DNA from: Lytechinus pictus
Taxonomy: Eukaryota
Length of the DNA stretch: 64,000 bases
NCBI RefSeq assembly: GCF_037042905.1
Contig: NC_087245.1
Span: 5,644,001 to 5,708,000 of the forward strand
Reading direction: 5' to 3'
Shown here: positions 12,614 to 26,508 of the stretch, in pieces
Position numbering within the stretch: position 1 is the first letter of the stretch
How the letters are laid out: each line of letters begins with the position of its first letter
The notes under the pieces: model-generated
The model's input: only the letters and a program-made list of their open reading frames with translations
Databases searched by the model: none
What the model was told of the DNA's origin: nothing
Program-made: the position numbers and the translations under genes

Positions 12614-15300
12614 TTAAAGATGAATGAAAATTGTTGCTAAAAGATGTGAAACAAAACAAAACTTTTTAATGATTTATTGACTTTCTGCATCCGATTGTGA
12701 AAACATACGTTTTGTTGCCTGTTATCAATTCATCAAAATCAATGTGTTGTGGTGCATGTAATCTTGACTTTCATACCTACTTCTGATTGAAAAACTGATA
12801 AAACAATGAATTTTAAGCAAACTTACGTTCTTTTCAAGAAAGTAATTTAATTCAAACTATTGTTGGTCCTACAAAAAGGCCTCTATCAATAATTAAACAC
12901 CCAATTCTAAACCTTACATTTCAAGGATGACCTTTACTTCCTGGGTCACACTAAATCATCTGTGATGGGCACTAACAAACCCTACGGCTGTACTATGTTG
13001 ACTTTATGCACACAAATATACTATTTACATTATATTGCTGTATTAGTTTCACTCAATCTTCGATTCATGCTACTAGAAGTTAAAACCAACATGTTAATTA
13101 ATTAATTTATTCGTTTATTTTTTGTTTGATTGTTCATTTATTTATTTATTCATTCATCTGACCATCCATCTATCCATCCATTCATTCATTTACTTATTTA
13201 TTTATTTATTTTAATTTCTAATCTAATCTATCTATCTATCTTACTTACTTACTTACTTACTGATTTATTTATTTACCACTTGTGGGATAGATCACCCTAT
13301 CAGCAAATACTGTTTTTCATCCAGGTTCATCCTTTCCTGTGTTTTCTCTCTTCCAAAAATTCTTATCAGCTCTCTGTGTAATCAAGTGCATTAATTCGCG
13401 CAGCCACCCAATGCTGGCTACCATATTGCAGACACTCCCCCTGGATTTGTTAATCTCGCTTAAAACTTGATTAAACCCACCCTTCATACAATGACTCTGA
13501 AGTAAAGGAGTGGGTCAATCACGAAGTCACTAGGATCTTAGATTTCAACGCACTCAAATATTATGAACATACATGTACCGTATGCTGGTAGTGTGGACTT
13601 GGGCTTTCATCAAATTGTGTTTCCATGGAAACATCATGCTTCTATCTGATGAAAAGTAAATACTGGTATAACATAATGCGGATTGAAAGCTGGGTATGTT
13701 TCCAAAGAATGATTTCCTAACTTTAGATTATGAATGTCTGAAAAGAACAATCATGAATTTCGATTTAAAAGAAACCAATAATAATCTCCATTTATGAAAG
13801 TTAAAATAACATGTTTGGTATGTTGCTCAGATTAAACAAGATACATGTACATGTATGAACCATGTATTAAAAACAACCATCACTTTTAATCATTGGGTAG
13901 TATTCTGATAGCCATGATTTAGTTAAAACTGGGATCACCACACTTTCATGGACATGGAATGCCCGTTGTCGTTTCATTCACTAATTGAAGATTATCCTGT
14001 AGCAAAAACCCTAAAAAAAATCAACTGAGTCGTAAAATAAGAACAATAGTAAAATACAAAAATATTATGAATTTTAATGAATTGATACATAATTGCCAGG
14101 AATATGGAAAAAGTATTATGAAGTAGGCATTCCATAGAAGTGCAGTTTAAAATTCTAGTTTAGACTAGGTTTAAACCTAGGTTAACATCAGAATACTACC
14201 AATAATGTTTAACTGATAAATATCATGAGTCACAATATGCTTTTACAGAAGGTAGAAAAAGAGTTACTAAATGACTATTCTAGCATACAGAGAACTTTGT
14301 CTGGCAATTTAATGTGTTTTAGAAGGGCATCTAACTCTACTTTGGAAGATTTTCATGTTAAATAATAGTCTGAATACATGTGATGCATTCTACTGAATTT
14401 AAAAACATATATTAGATTTAAGGCTAAGCCCTGAGCTTTGTTATTTGCTGAATTGCTATTCATCACATTCTGTTGATGAACTTGTCTTCTTACAGTACAC
14501 ATATAATGAGTGTTCACTGTAACCAAAATAGAGGGGGAATTATTCTCATTTCTTTATTTGAATTTTAAATGCTTTACAGCCATAATCAATAATGATAAAA
14601 TGCTTGCTTTGCATATTTTTGCCCATTGCAAAACCGGTTAAAATCTGTTTCAGCTAGCCTCAATTTTTTTCCCATAAAAATATGGTATGTTAACCTTCTG
14701 GGAACACAATTAATCCCTAGTTAGGAATAGAAAGACCCTGTGTCTTGATATAAGACCTCAGCACAAATAAAATGCAATATTCATAAGAAAATAGAAAATT
14801 CCCAATTTCTTGAACGATGCAATCACCAACAAAGCCATTAGTAAATGAAGGTTGGAATCCAGTCCATTTGTTATGCTGTCAATAATTCATTAGATGTGTC
14901 ATAGATTGGTTGTCAGTCCATCCATATTGAAGGTGGTAAAATTCTTGATTGAACATAGCTTTTGTGCATATGTGTAGTTTCATTACTGTAATACAACCTT
15001 CCATGTACATGACTACATGTATGTCTGAGAAAGTGAGAAGCATACATGTATGTATGTGCTGCATGTATCTGTGGTATTACTATTTGGATACAGACAACCA
15101 TTTTGTGTACACTCTAATCATGAATGCTCTCACAAATTACTCTTCATATCCCTAATGTTGTTTTCTGCTGAGCATAGCAACATGATTTGAAAGGTGAAGA
15201 TACTGGTATATACCGGGTATATATTTCTCATCCAATTCTTCCTACCCCCATGCTGGCATTTAATGTAGTTCCAGATTAAAAGAAATAGGAATGGGCTCAA

Positions 15301-15745
15301 TACAGTTATATGCACATCTTGTTCAGTATGCAAATGAGCAGACAGATGACGTCACCCACTCACTATTTCTTTTGTACGTTATTATATGAAATATGAAAAT
15401 TTCTAATTTTCTCCTCATCGTCATGTGGAACAAAACTTTATTCCTCCCTGAACATGTGCAACTACCATTATTTTGACAGTTTGTGGTTAAATCAAGTTGG
15501 TCTCAATTGAAATATTGTATAATTCAAACAATAAAAACAAAAGAAATAGTGAGTGAGTGACATCATCGACTCTCTCATTTGCATATCAATGAGTTGTGCA
15601 TATACTGTTTTGTAAAAAATAAGCAAACCTTAAAAATGTCATAACTTTCTTATTTTACATCCGATTTTTATGAAATTGTCAGTGTTGTTTGTTTGATTTT
15701 TCTCTATCCATTCAAATCAACAACTTTCTGGGGTGGACTTGACCT
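15301..15745. mobile_element. TTAA/Kolobok-like MITE, left-truncated copy
   Basis: Matches the right three quarters of 12005-12613; ends GACCT|TTAA. Confidence 0.8.
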
Positions 15746-18125
15746 TTAAAGCACACTCCATGTAACTGTAAAGATAATATTACTCTTTAAGTTTGGCAAA
15801 CATTATGCTAAACACTGCAAACGGTTTGATGGGCAGATATTTCGCTATTTCAATTACATGAAATGCTGTTTATTTTGGCTTTTGCTTTGATTTTCATCAT
15901 TTTGGCTTACCGTATATTCTACTGATAATTCTGATTTTATGGCCTGAAAAAAAAATTGTGCCTTCCCTGAAATTTTGAGAATTTGTGAGATCTTTTCCAA
16001 AAACTGGGGACTATCAAAATTATTCCAAATATGGTGGGCTCAAACAGCCCTCTATAAATCTTAACCGACTCTGAGAGTGTAAGTTAACATTATTCAATAT
16101 TGTCGGTGATATGAAAGCACATGTACTCTCCACCATCTATCAACATTCTGTGTACAGCTGAATTAAAACTCCATCATACTGGTATTCATCATCAAATGAT
16201 GCATTATAAATCAACACCTGCAATGTTGCCATGGCAATAGGAGTTGTATGATCAGGTTATTTGCAAGGCTATCACACTTTACTTGTATCTGCCGAGTGCA
16301 TGGTACATTTCACTGAAAGACTTTGGAAATGATAGGAAAGAATGGGGAACTGAGAATCACATGTAGGATTAGATTGCTTTCTCTGACTGGTGGAGATGAA
16401 AACACGCTTCGAAAGTATGGTCATTCACAGCATGCCACCTAGATCTAAGAATGGATGTTTATTTATGTCTGGTTGTCCTGTATTTGTTTCATTTCATTTA
16501 TTTCCATATTCAAATGAATGGTATAAATAAACATGATGAATACTACTAGGAGTTGATTGACAAAAATGACAAAATCAAATGAAAATCAACAATATAAAAA
16601 AATTAAACTACCAGAATACAAACATGGATCTACTATGATACAAACAACCAAAGAAACCTGAATGGAGGATTGCCAAAAGCCAAAGAGACTATCAAGGGTG
16701 ATCCTAGATTCCCAGGATAGGATTATAAAAACATATATTAGAAAAAAGAAGGAAAGGAAAGAGAGATAGAAAGAAGGGGGGAAACATGCTATGTAATTTA
16801 TGAATTAGCCTTGTATTACAATGTACATTTGAGCACTGACAATGAAGGACATGATTTTATCTGCTCCAGACATCCAGTAATTCAATCCATTAAACAATTA
16901 TCCTTGGTAATTTTATGCAGTTTTTTAGAAATTAAATTTTGGTTAACAGTGGTAAAAAAAAAAACAGAAAAGCAAATTTGTTTCAGCTACAGGAAGGCTT
17001 CTCTTACAGTATGTTGCAAATGATTGTAAGTTTACAGATTATTACTTTTTATTTCATTTTATTTTACTTAAAAATTGAGCACTAGATGTCCTTCTGGGAT
17101 TGATGATTGATCTCACACAATTTTATATGGACTCAAATTTACTGCATGCACATTTTGAATGGGCTTGAATATTTTTTAGCTTATTAAATGCAATCTGAAA
17201 TTCTGAATCACTATTAGTATTCAAAGGGCCGATTGTAAGAATTCTAGCTCTAGACATTCAGGAGTATGATACCCAAATAACGCGATAGACCCTAAACCTC
17301 TCACTTTGAGTGCAGGACTAAAGGGGTTTTAATCCCAGGTAACAATCAATACACTTTCGTGTGATCTGAAAGACCTTGGTGACATGCTACCTGGCAGCTG
17401 CATCTCCACATAAATTATCCCAGAGAGAAATAAAATTGATCAAGCAACAAAGAACCAGTGTGCATTAAATTGATCTTTTAATACATTAATAAACATTTCT
17501 AGAGCTTTGTTCAATTTTGGGAAAAATCATCAGGACAGGGTATTGAAACCCCAAAATACAAGCAGTGGATGTAATAATGTATTCAAATCATTGTAGGGGA
17601 ATAATCCTGTTCAAAAGATATAAATTCATTGATAAATGTACAGAATGAATATGAATTGTGTACATACATTTTAATTAATTGCCATCAACCAAAAAGCCAC
17701 AACATCACATGTTGGGACCAAAGTCACCAAACTGATTTCCAAATCACATGTACACTGTATACATTTGCAAATGAACTTTTTATTTGATTTCCTTTAAAAA
17801 AATTATTTTATCACTTTTTTCATTATCATTGATTTTTGTATACATGTACGTACAGTGTATTACACTTTATTCATTTTTTTTCCAATTATTTTTAGTTACA
17901 GTATCATTAGTTATAATTTTTTTTTTTGCGGGGGGCCCTCAAATTTATTGTCTGATTATGCCAAGCATGTAATGCACAAAACATTAGCAAGAGTAGTTAA
18001 ATTACATCTGGAAAGTGTGGGTTTGTGTTAGTCATTAGTATCTCATTAGCATCATTGATGCTAATGCACACATGACATCTGCAGAGCTATCTAAGTGAAT
18101 GTTTCAATTGAGAGAAGAGGGTATT

Positions 18126-18688
18126 CCCGGGGGGGGCCACTTACATTGACGAGTGGATACCATGCGCGACCAAGAAAACACGTAAAAAGGATGTCTTTTT
18201 CAAGATAGGGCACGTTACGTACGTAACGTGATAAGGGTGTCAAAAACACAAAAATAATGAAAAAAGGGTATCTATTTCGCTAGGAAAGCTACTTGTTTAG
18301 GGTCACATTTGCGGGGATGATAAAACAAAATTAAAATGTTGTATAAAGGATTTCCTTTTTGCCCCAACACTACGTGTTTAGAGTCCCGATTTGCGCGAGG
18401 TGAGGAAGGTGGGACCTTACTAAACCAAATGGTGTGTAAATTAGGTAAAACCGACGACCGACGGACCCGTGACACAACAATAAAATATACTTGTTTAGGG
18501 GTTCATTTCAGGGAATACTTGCCAAGAGTATAGTTTTGTTTCCAATACTTGTTCAGGGTAGGGTTTCAGATGCCAATACTTGTTAAGGGGTGCATTTTCA
18601 GAACATGGAAAATACGTGTTTAGGGTGCTTTTCGAGACCCCGTGGTCGCGCATGGTATCCACTCGTCAATGGAAGTGGCCCCCCCGGG
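18126..18688. mobile_element. MITE with CCCGGG termini and 8-bp TSD
   Basis: About 45-bp TIRs; TSD AGGGTATT at 18118-18125 and 18689-18696; internal repeated ACTTGTTTAGGG motifs. Confidence 0.9.
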
Positions 18689-19339
18689 AGGGTATTAAAG
18701 ACTGATAGAGCTCTCCAAAATCTATTCTATCATTTTAATACAATGTGCCAACCCCTCCAAGGAGGCTCCCCCAAAGTAAATACACATTGTTACATACATA
18801 CATGTACATTGGCAACTTCACATTGTGTATTGTGTATCCATCCAACAAAGGTACATTGTACAATGTATCAAAGCATCAGTCATGAACTGAAGAAAATAAA
18901 CTTTGTTTTATTTTCTTCTTCTATAGTATGCACAGTACAGGTCATGCAAATTAGTAAGCCTACAAGTATGAAGTCAATGTAAAGCTAAAAAAAAATAATA
19001 ATAAATAGAATTTACTAGACACTGCATTTAGTATGTCAGACAAAAAAACAAGATGAAATAATCGGCCACATCCACCTGAAGTCCCAAACAAAAAGTTGTT
19101 TTGAATACTGTATACATGTAAGCCGCTATTTTCGTGAGGGCTTTATTTTCGCGGATTTCGCGAATTGCCGATCAGCTGCAAATTTAACACCGCACAAAAA
19201 TATTGACACATTTAGTAATTGGTGCCAAAGTCCCCAACAGCGAAGTTTTGCTATTAGAAACACCCTGTATGGTGAAAAAATATGTGTGTTTTTGAGTTTT
19301 GTCAGATGTGTATCAATCAGAAATAATCATTAACATGTA

Positions 19340-19450
19340 GGTCTGAGATAACGTCATCATCCAATAGACATGATCAGGGCTCAGACCTCTGCATCAATCT
19401 GAAACTTCCTCACATAGCTTGGATTACAGGCGCATGCCACAACGCCCGGT
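19340..19450 (-). mobile_element. Short element with a 7SL RNA (Alu-domain)-like head
   Basis: Minus strand starts ACCGGGCGTTGTGGCATGCGCCTGTAATCCAAGCTA. Confidence 0.55.
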
Positions 19451-20244
19451 TAAAAAAAAATAGGAATAATGGAGATAAGAACATATATACATTTATGTAC
19501 AAACATTAAGGTTAAGAAAGTATGGTTAATAATTCAAAAAGTCAGCTAGAATTTCACCTTTTTTTTTTATTTCTCAAACAAAATCAGAGCCTAAATTATT
19601 TCCAAATACATGTGTTTATCAATATTTATTCACTCAATGCAATATTATAATGTATTTTCCATGAAATAATTTGATTTTGTTGTCATTTGATTGACTCTAT
19701 ACACAGGTATATTGGCAGCTATTTGCATACTCATTAATATTCATAAGTCACATGACCAATGGTTTTAGAGGTGCAAAATTTTGTTCACAATATTCAACAT
19801 CTTTGCACTGAAACCAACTTTAAAAAAAATGAATCTAACAAAACACAACTTCCAAAGATTACTTTTACAGATCAAACTGTGACATGATGAATTTGCAGAT
19901 CTACAGGTACAAAAATAAACGAAATTTAAGCCACTTTTTCACACTTTGTAACTGCTTTTGACAGGGACATGTTTATGCCTAAAAGAAACATCAGCATTTA
20001 AAATCAACTTTTTTAATAGAAAAAACAGAATCACAGAAAGAGGGAAAATACCATTTTTTAAATGGGAAATTAAACTCCCTACAATAATGAGAAGAAACAA
20101 ATGGAATATCAATCAGTGTCAAGTACATTGTGAAACACTTCAAACAAAATCTACATAAATATCATGTCCATGAATTCTTAATTTTATTAAATGTGATTTT
20201 CACCAAATTATCTTGTTTAAAAGCTTAGATGATACTGTACTCAC

Positions 20245-20400
20245 AGGGAATGATAGAATATTTCTATTGATAAGCTGATGCATCCTGGCAGGTGAATTTG
20301 CTCTGACAGGAAGTGAGCTCTGACGAGGGATTGGAGATTTCAGAGCTTGCATCCGCAAAGGAGACGTAAAAGAGCCACCAGCAGCATCCTTGGTTGCCAT
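20245..20400 (-). CDS. PASK: PAS kinase, probable first coding exon (MATKDAAGGS...NILSFP); exon acceptor at 20425
   Basis: Pyrimidine tract plus CAG before 20425, ATG in ACCATGG context, GTGAGT donor at 20244. Phase 0 joins the 8894 exon in frame. The sequence itself is not recognisably conserved. Confidence 0.65.
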
Positions 20401-22534
20401 GGTGAGGGCTTCTCCTGCTCTTAGTCTGGAGGAAGAAATACAACATACAAAGGAGATACATTTAAAATTCTACATCTAGTGTCTACTACAATGTAAACAT
20501 GACATTTTTTTTCAAAATATGTACCTTTGTTGTTCAACATACATGTAGGCGAGCGCATTGTGCGTTCAAAATCCAGTGCATGAGGGAGTCACTGAATTGT
20601 GCTGCACATTGCGCTTTTTAAAATTAGATCTATTTGTAGCGCATAATTGGATGACCCCACTCATTCAATGAGCAAGATTATGATATAACCTTGGGGCAAT
20701 TCCATGATAACACTGACACATTGGAACAAATTTTCATACAACAGTGAATTAACAAGGTGTAAGACTTGAGATTAAAGTTTTGTCATCTATCTATGACTAC
20801 CATCACAAGTAATTTAAAAAAGCATAGAATGAATAAAAAATTATAATAATTATTTAGTTATGCACAATTAATAACCACTGTAACTCAAAAAGGACGTGCA
20901 TTTTTCAATGTTTTACTTCCTGACCAAACTCTGTGAAGTTAATGAACATTTCAAGAAGTTGCTATTCTCATTAGATGTAGTAAAGACTTGATAATAATAA
21001 TTAAAAAGAATTAAGGAAAAAATATTTATTAACATGACGATGATGGCATATATTGTAAAAAAGTGCACTATAACAACGTGACTTCTGAACTGCGTGTACA
21101 AAACCTATGGAGAATCTTGTCATCTTCAGAACTCATAGTATTACTCCTCTATAGATGTGCTATGTACAGTGTGTTAATGATAATCATGTTCAGGTAATGT
21201 TCTGCATCAGTGTGTGTGACACTTGAAATAGAAACAAGGTAAAATAAAGATAATTTAATTATAATAATAAAAATAATTAAAACTTTACAATGTAACACCG
21301 TGACATTTCAATTTCATATAAAAGTTGTTTATTAACTGTAGGTTTATAGACATAATGTCTATGAAAATGAAAATACATTTTCAATGTTGAAAGCTTAGAA
21401 TTGTAGATTATGGAATATTTTTATGGAGTTTACTGAGAAAATTATATTTTACAGTAGGCCTAATTAATTTTTACACTCTAAAATTCCATTTAATCATCAT
21501 AGGGAAAACTGAAAAGACAACATATTATTTTTGCTTGACTAATAACGGGATAAGAAAAATTTGCAAAATCTTACAAAAATAGGAATGCAAATAAAATGGA
21601 TAAATGACAATAATCATAATTTAATTTAAAACTAATGCTTCATGATTCATGAACATTAATGTTACTAGATTTTACATTTGAAACTCAAAACAATTTCTAA
21701 TATGTGTATTGAATATGATCTTTTGCATTGAATATATAATGAATAATAATAATATGTTATGTCTAGAATTATGATTCACACATGTACATGTGTAGGCCTA
21801 TGCTTTTACACTCAGGCAACTTAGTCAAAATGTTTAATCACTGTTAAAACAACAATTAAAAGAATAAATAATTTCCAAGTTTGACTTGTTACTGTGTGAC
21901 TGTGCCAAAAATGTTGATGAAATTTTAACATCTGTAAAGTCATGAAATTGGCATCTATTTTCCATATTTCCTTGAAATTGTTTTTATTCAGTTACATGTA
22001 TCAAGAAAATGAAAAATACATGTAGGCCTAGGCCTCTTTACTCTATTTTCAGTTGAGGTTAACTTATCTACAATATGTAGCCCCACATTTTATCATTAAT
22101 TTCTACGCAATCTGCGGTGGTTTGAGCTTGGCCCTTTTGTTAAGATTTCAGGGAAACATCAAAGTTCCATTAAAACATGACACAACCAAGATGGACATTT
22201 CAACAAAAGTCATTTAGTAGCCATCCATTATGTTTTGTATAATATGAATGCAAGTCACTGTGTTATGGTCACAGTGTTACTGTTACTGCAAGTCTGTAAC
22301 ATTGTGACACACTTTTAATCATTTTATCTAGATCTTATGTTTTTATAATAATGGATTCAGGGGTCAAGGCTTCCATCCATTTTTTTTTTTTTGGGGGGGG
22401 GGGGGCTAGGGAGGGGGGCTCATGATCCAAGCAATTAAAAAAAAATGGGGGGTGGGGCCGTTGGGCGACTTACTTGCTGAATTTGCAATATCTGTCACAA
22501 CTGTGGGGGCTTGCTTTCGTAGTGTACGTGGGGA

Positions 22535-22820
22535 CAGAGGCGGATCCAGGATTTCAAAAGGGGGGGGGGGGGTCACAAGCCAACAAAAAAAAAAAAGGTT
22601 TTCAACCAAAAATAATGACATTTCGTCCATGAAAAAATGTGACAAGCAAAAAAAAAGGTCTTCACTTTCAAGGGGGGGGGGGGCCTTTTGAAAGTGAAGA
22701 CCTTTTTTTTCTGCTTGTCAAATTCTTTCGTGGACGAATTAATGTCATTATTTTGGTTGAAAACCTTTTTTCTTATTGGGGGTCCCCCCCTCCATTTTGA
22801 AAATCCTGGATCCGCCCCTC
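22535..22820. mobile_element. Palindromic hAT-like MITE
   Basis: Ends AGAGGCGGATCCAGGATTT / AAATCCTGGATCCGCCCCT; mostly self-complementary; no TSD seen. Confidence 0.7.
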
Positions 22821-23544
22821 AAAGACATAAATAACTAAGGGGGCTATGAAATTTGATGTAAAAATGCTGTTAAAACAGAAGTGTGCACGATGTTAACAAC
22901 TGTTAAAATCCATTGCGTAAACACGTTCGTAGTGCGAGGTTAGTATCTATACTAACCTTGCAATACGAGTGGTCTAGATCCGCTTTTTCTGAAAATAAAT
23001 AAATCATTTGGCATTTTGATATTACCACTCCCCCATCATATAGATCTATGTTCTATATTAGGGCTAGATACTAGTATATCATTCTGAAACTTCTCTGTGT
23101 TTTTTATTTTCAATTTTAGTGGGGGTGCATATGGAACTCTTGCCTAAAGATGATCCTTGCAAAAGACTTTCATGCAATCGGCTCATGTCAGTCTCCCGAG
23201 CTCCCAGCTCCCGATCCCACACCCTAACGTTAGAGGCGCGGCGTAACTCAGGGGCCTGTTGCATGAAAGGGTCTTTGGTAGAACCGCTCTACGTAAGAAC
23301 CAGATATCGCTCAACTGTTTCACAAAGCCGATTTGGGCGATACGAAGAATGGTCCTTGTAAAGACACCTCCAGACATGTCCTACGTAGGCATGATCTTCT
23401 TGGCACACCGCCCGCCACCGTCGGCATTGAGAGAAAATGCGTTTACGGCAAGCCACCCTGACATATCACCTTTACACATTATTTGTCATTCATTGCACGC
23501 TGACGCAGTTTATCTGGAATTGCGCCAAATTATTTTTTACTTAC

Positions 23545-23610
23545 TTATGGATGGCTGGCATCGTCGAATTGCCCAGCAAGACGACCCAAAACTACGTGTA
23601 ATCTAGGTCC
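23545..23610 (-). promoter_or_regulatory. Candidate non-coding first exon/TSS region of PASK
   Basis: GTAAGT donor at 23544-23539 at the edge of a CpG-rich island (about 23150-23600). The 5' boundary is a guess. Confidence 0.4.
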
Positions 23611-25395
23611 AAACAAATTTTTTGTATGTTTCCCTTTATTTTTATCCCATTTTTCTCCCATCCCCTACCCTTTCCATTTTTTAAAAACCAAACTTAAAAT
23701 ATCGGAATGGGTTTTAACTTCTCTGACCGGCATGCTTTATATCTAGTTAAAGGTTATGAAAACACACTTAAAGGAGAAATATATTGAAAATCGTAAAAAT
23801 GGAGAATCATATATCAAATCAAAGGAGAAAATAAGGAGAACACGATGGTGTATATCATTTATCATGGAGACCGATGGAACTCAGTTAATTGATAGTTTAA
23901 GGTTCTCTCTCTGAATGCTTCAAACACGCAGAATTACGTCCGCGAAATTGGGTATTTTTTAATGACGTCACTTTCTGTACGAGAGGCGTGATTGGCTCTC
24001 CCACGTGAAGCTCCACTTGCATGCAAAACCTGTAGCGAGGGTACGTTTTCTCCACATTGTCACTGAATACTTCGATCACGAAATGAAAGAAAACCCAGAA
24101 TTTTATCTAGATTTGGATTTTCAAATTGATGATTTTGAAGATGAAGAGAATGATGATGAATTGAACAACAAAGTGACGTAGTTGGGGGTAAATTGGGGGA
24201 ATCGATGATGAGGAGTCGGACAATTCAACTTGCAACACGATCACATGCCGATTCGCTATCAACTCATGCAGCTGCTAAGTGCTAGCTACACCGCGCGTGC
24301 CAAATTGAATTCACGAAAATGACTTACCACACTGTCCAGACAGAGACTCTTACTTCTGTGACTATGAAGAAGGAAAATAATGATAAAACTGTACTTACAA
24401 ATAAGTGAATGTAATCCGAACCTGAAGGCAAATCAACGAATAGCAGCAGACGATATGCACCGATGATAAACTTCATGTGGCTGGGATAGATTGTCACTCG
24501 TTCTGTTAGATGTAATTTTTATCTCATTAATTTGACAAAATTACGAAACTCAGGGAATTATTTATCTATATAAAAATATAGTAACATCTCGTATAATTTT
24601 TAAATTACGATAAAACGTTTTTTGAAGGAAAACGTTGAGGTAAATTAAAATTAGATGTAAAAGATCCCCAACATACGTAGCTTGATTGAGAGCTGTGCAA
24701 CACGTGCGTAGATCTACTCTCTCAGCAAAGGCGAGCGAGCAATACGGCATGTTTGTGATTTTGATTACGATCACATATACGAGCTTTTAAAAGGTTTTAT
24801 CGTAATTTAAAAAATAATACGATATGTTACTATATCTTTATATAGATAAATAATTCCCCGAGTTTTGTAATTTTGTCGAATTAATGAGATAAAAATTACA
24901 TCTAACAGAACGAGTGACAATCTATCCCAGCCACATGAAGTTTATCGTCGGTGCATATCGTCTGCTGCTATTCGTTGAGTTGCCTTCAGGTTCGGATTAC
25001 ATTCACTTGTTTGTTAGTACAGTTTTATCATTATTTTCCTTCTTCATAGTCACAGAGGTAAGAGACTCTGTCTGGACAGTGTGGTCAGGGCCGTAGCCAG
25101 AAGCATTTTGTTGGGGGGGTGTACCAGCTAAATTTGCCAACTAAATTTGGCGTGACAGCGCCAACGTGAGCACAGGGGGAGTCTGATGGGGGATGTGCCC
25201 CCCCCCCCTACAATAATCACATGCTAAAAGATTTTGAATTTTTAGAATTGAATTAGTGGCATTTGGTGAATACTTTAAGGTAAATTATACAAAGATATAC
25301 AAAGATATTTGCACTGCAAAAATAAACATTTTGGATCAAAATAGAAAGGCTAGTGTGCCGTAGTTGCTAACTTGCAGTATAATGCCCTATATGCA

Positions 25396-26130
25396 TTTTT
25401 AATTGACCTTCTGTGCAAGATGTCTCAACTAAAATTTCAAGAGTGCTACTGCTAACAGTGGCGTACCGTGGGTCACGGCATTGGGGGCGGCACCAGCCAA
25501 AAAATTGATTCATTAAGTGGGCGCGCGAAGCGCGCTCATTTGCCAGGTATACTGACCTAATAGAGACATTTTAAGGACTGTGCCATTAAACGGATATGTA
25601 TCTTAGTGATCAAATAATGCGAGCGCGAAGCGCGAGCTGAAAATGTTTGATATTCAGTCCTAAAAAGGGACATTATAAGCAAAGTTTTGTAATCATGATA
25701 TGTACCTGTCTCACAAAACAAACAATGCGAGCGCGAAGCGCGAGCTGAAATTTTTTGTATAACTTAAACCTAAAAAGGGACATTTTAAGGACTATCTTTT
25801 GCAATTTATGAAGTGCGTACGTATCTCATCATAGTCATCTAATGCGAGCGCCAAGCGCTTGCTGATTTTGTTAGAATTACACTGGTACATGAAGCACTTT
25901 TTGTGGTCATTGTAATCATGAACATGATACGTATTTCACTAATGAAATATTGCGGGCGAGAAGCGCAAACTGACAATTTTTGAAATTCGGACCTGAAGAG
26001 GGGCATTCTATGGCTTGTTTGTAGGAATTTACTATTTCACTAATAAGTGATGCGAGCGCGAAGCGCGAGCTGAAAATTTGTTATAATTAGATCAGAAAAA
26101 GGGACATTTTAAGGACTGTCTTTAGGAATT
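25396..26130. repeat. hAT-MITE-like left end followed by a diverged tandem repeat of about 100-115 bp
   Basis: CAGTGGCGTA end; GCGAGCGCGAAGCGCGAGCTGA-like core near 25619, 25727, 25843, 25952 and 26052. Confidence 0.7.
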
Positions 26131-26508
26131 CGTCCACTGCAAAAACGCCAGTGTTGATTTAACACCACTACCAGCCCAGTATCTATATCGGTCCACACCA
26201 ATCCGAAGGTAAGCACAGACTGGAAATGTTTTATTAAGGCCTTAAAAGGGGGCAATCACTTTAAGTATATAGTCATGAAAAAGGCATATGTCACTACATA
26301 AAACAATAATAACTTGAAGTGCGAGGAGATAATTTGGTGCATAATCTTTATGGACTTAAAATACAACAGGACTATATATCTCATTAGTCAGACAATGCGA
26401 GCACCAAGAATGATGCAACCCCAACCTGCCCCCACTCCCACCCATCCCCACCCCAAGCACATTCTGACACCATAAATTAAACAAAATTCTTCGGCGACAG
26501 AATTTAGT

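Noticed and set aside
19415..19450. Human Alu contamination
   Set aside because: Similarity stops after about 36-45 nt and the flanks are ordinary host intron.
23079..23606. Overlapping 61-115 aa ORFs
   Set aside because: No recognisable domain or consistent splice phase; open frames are expected in a GC-richer island.
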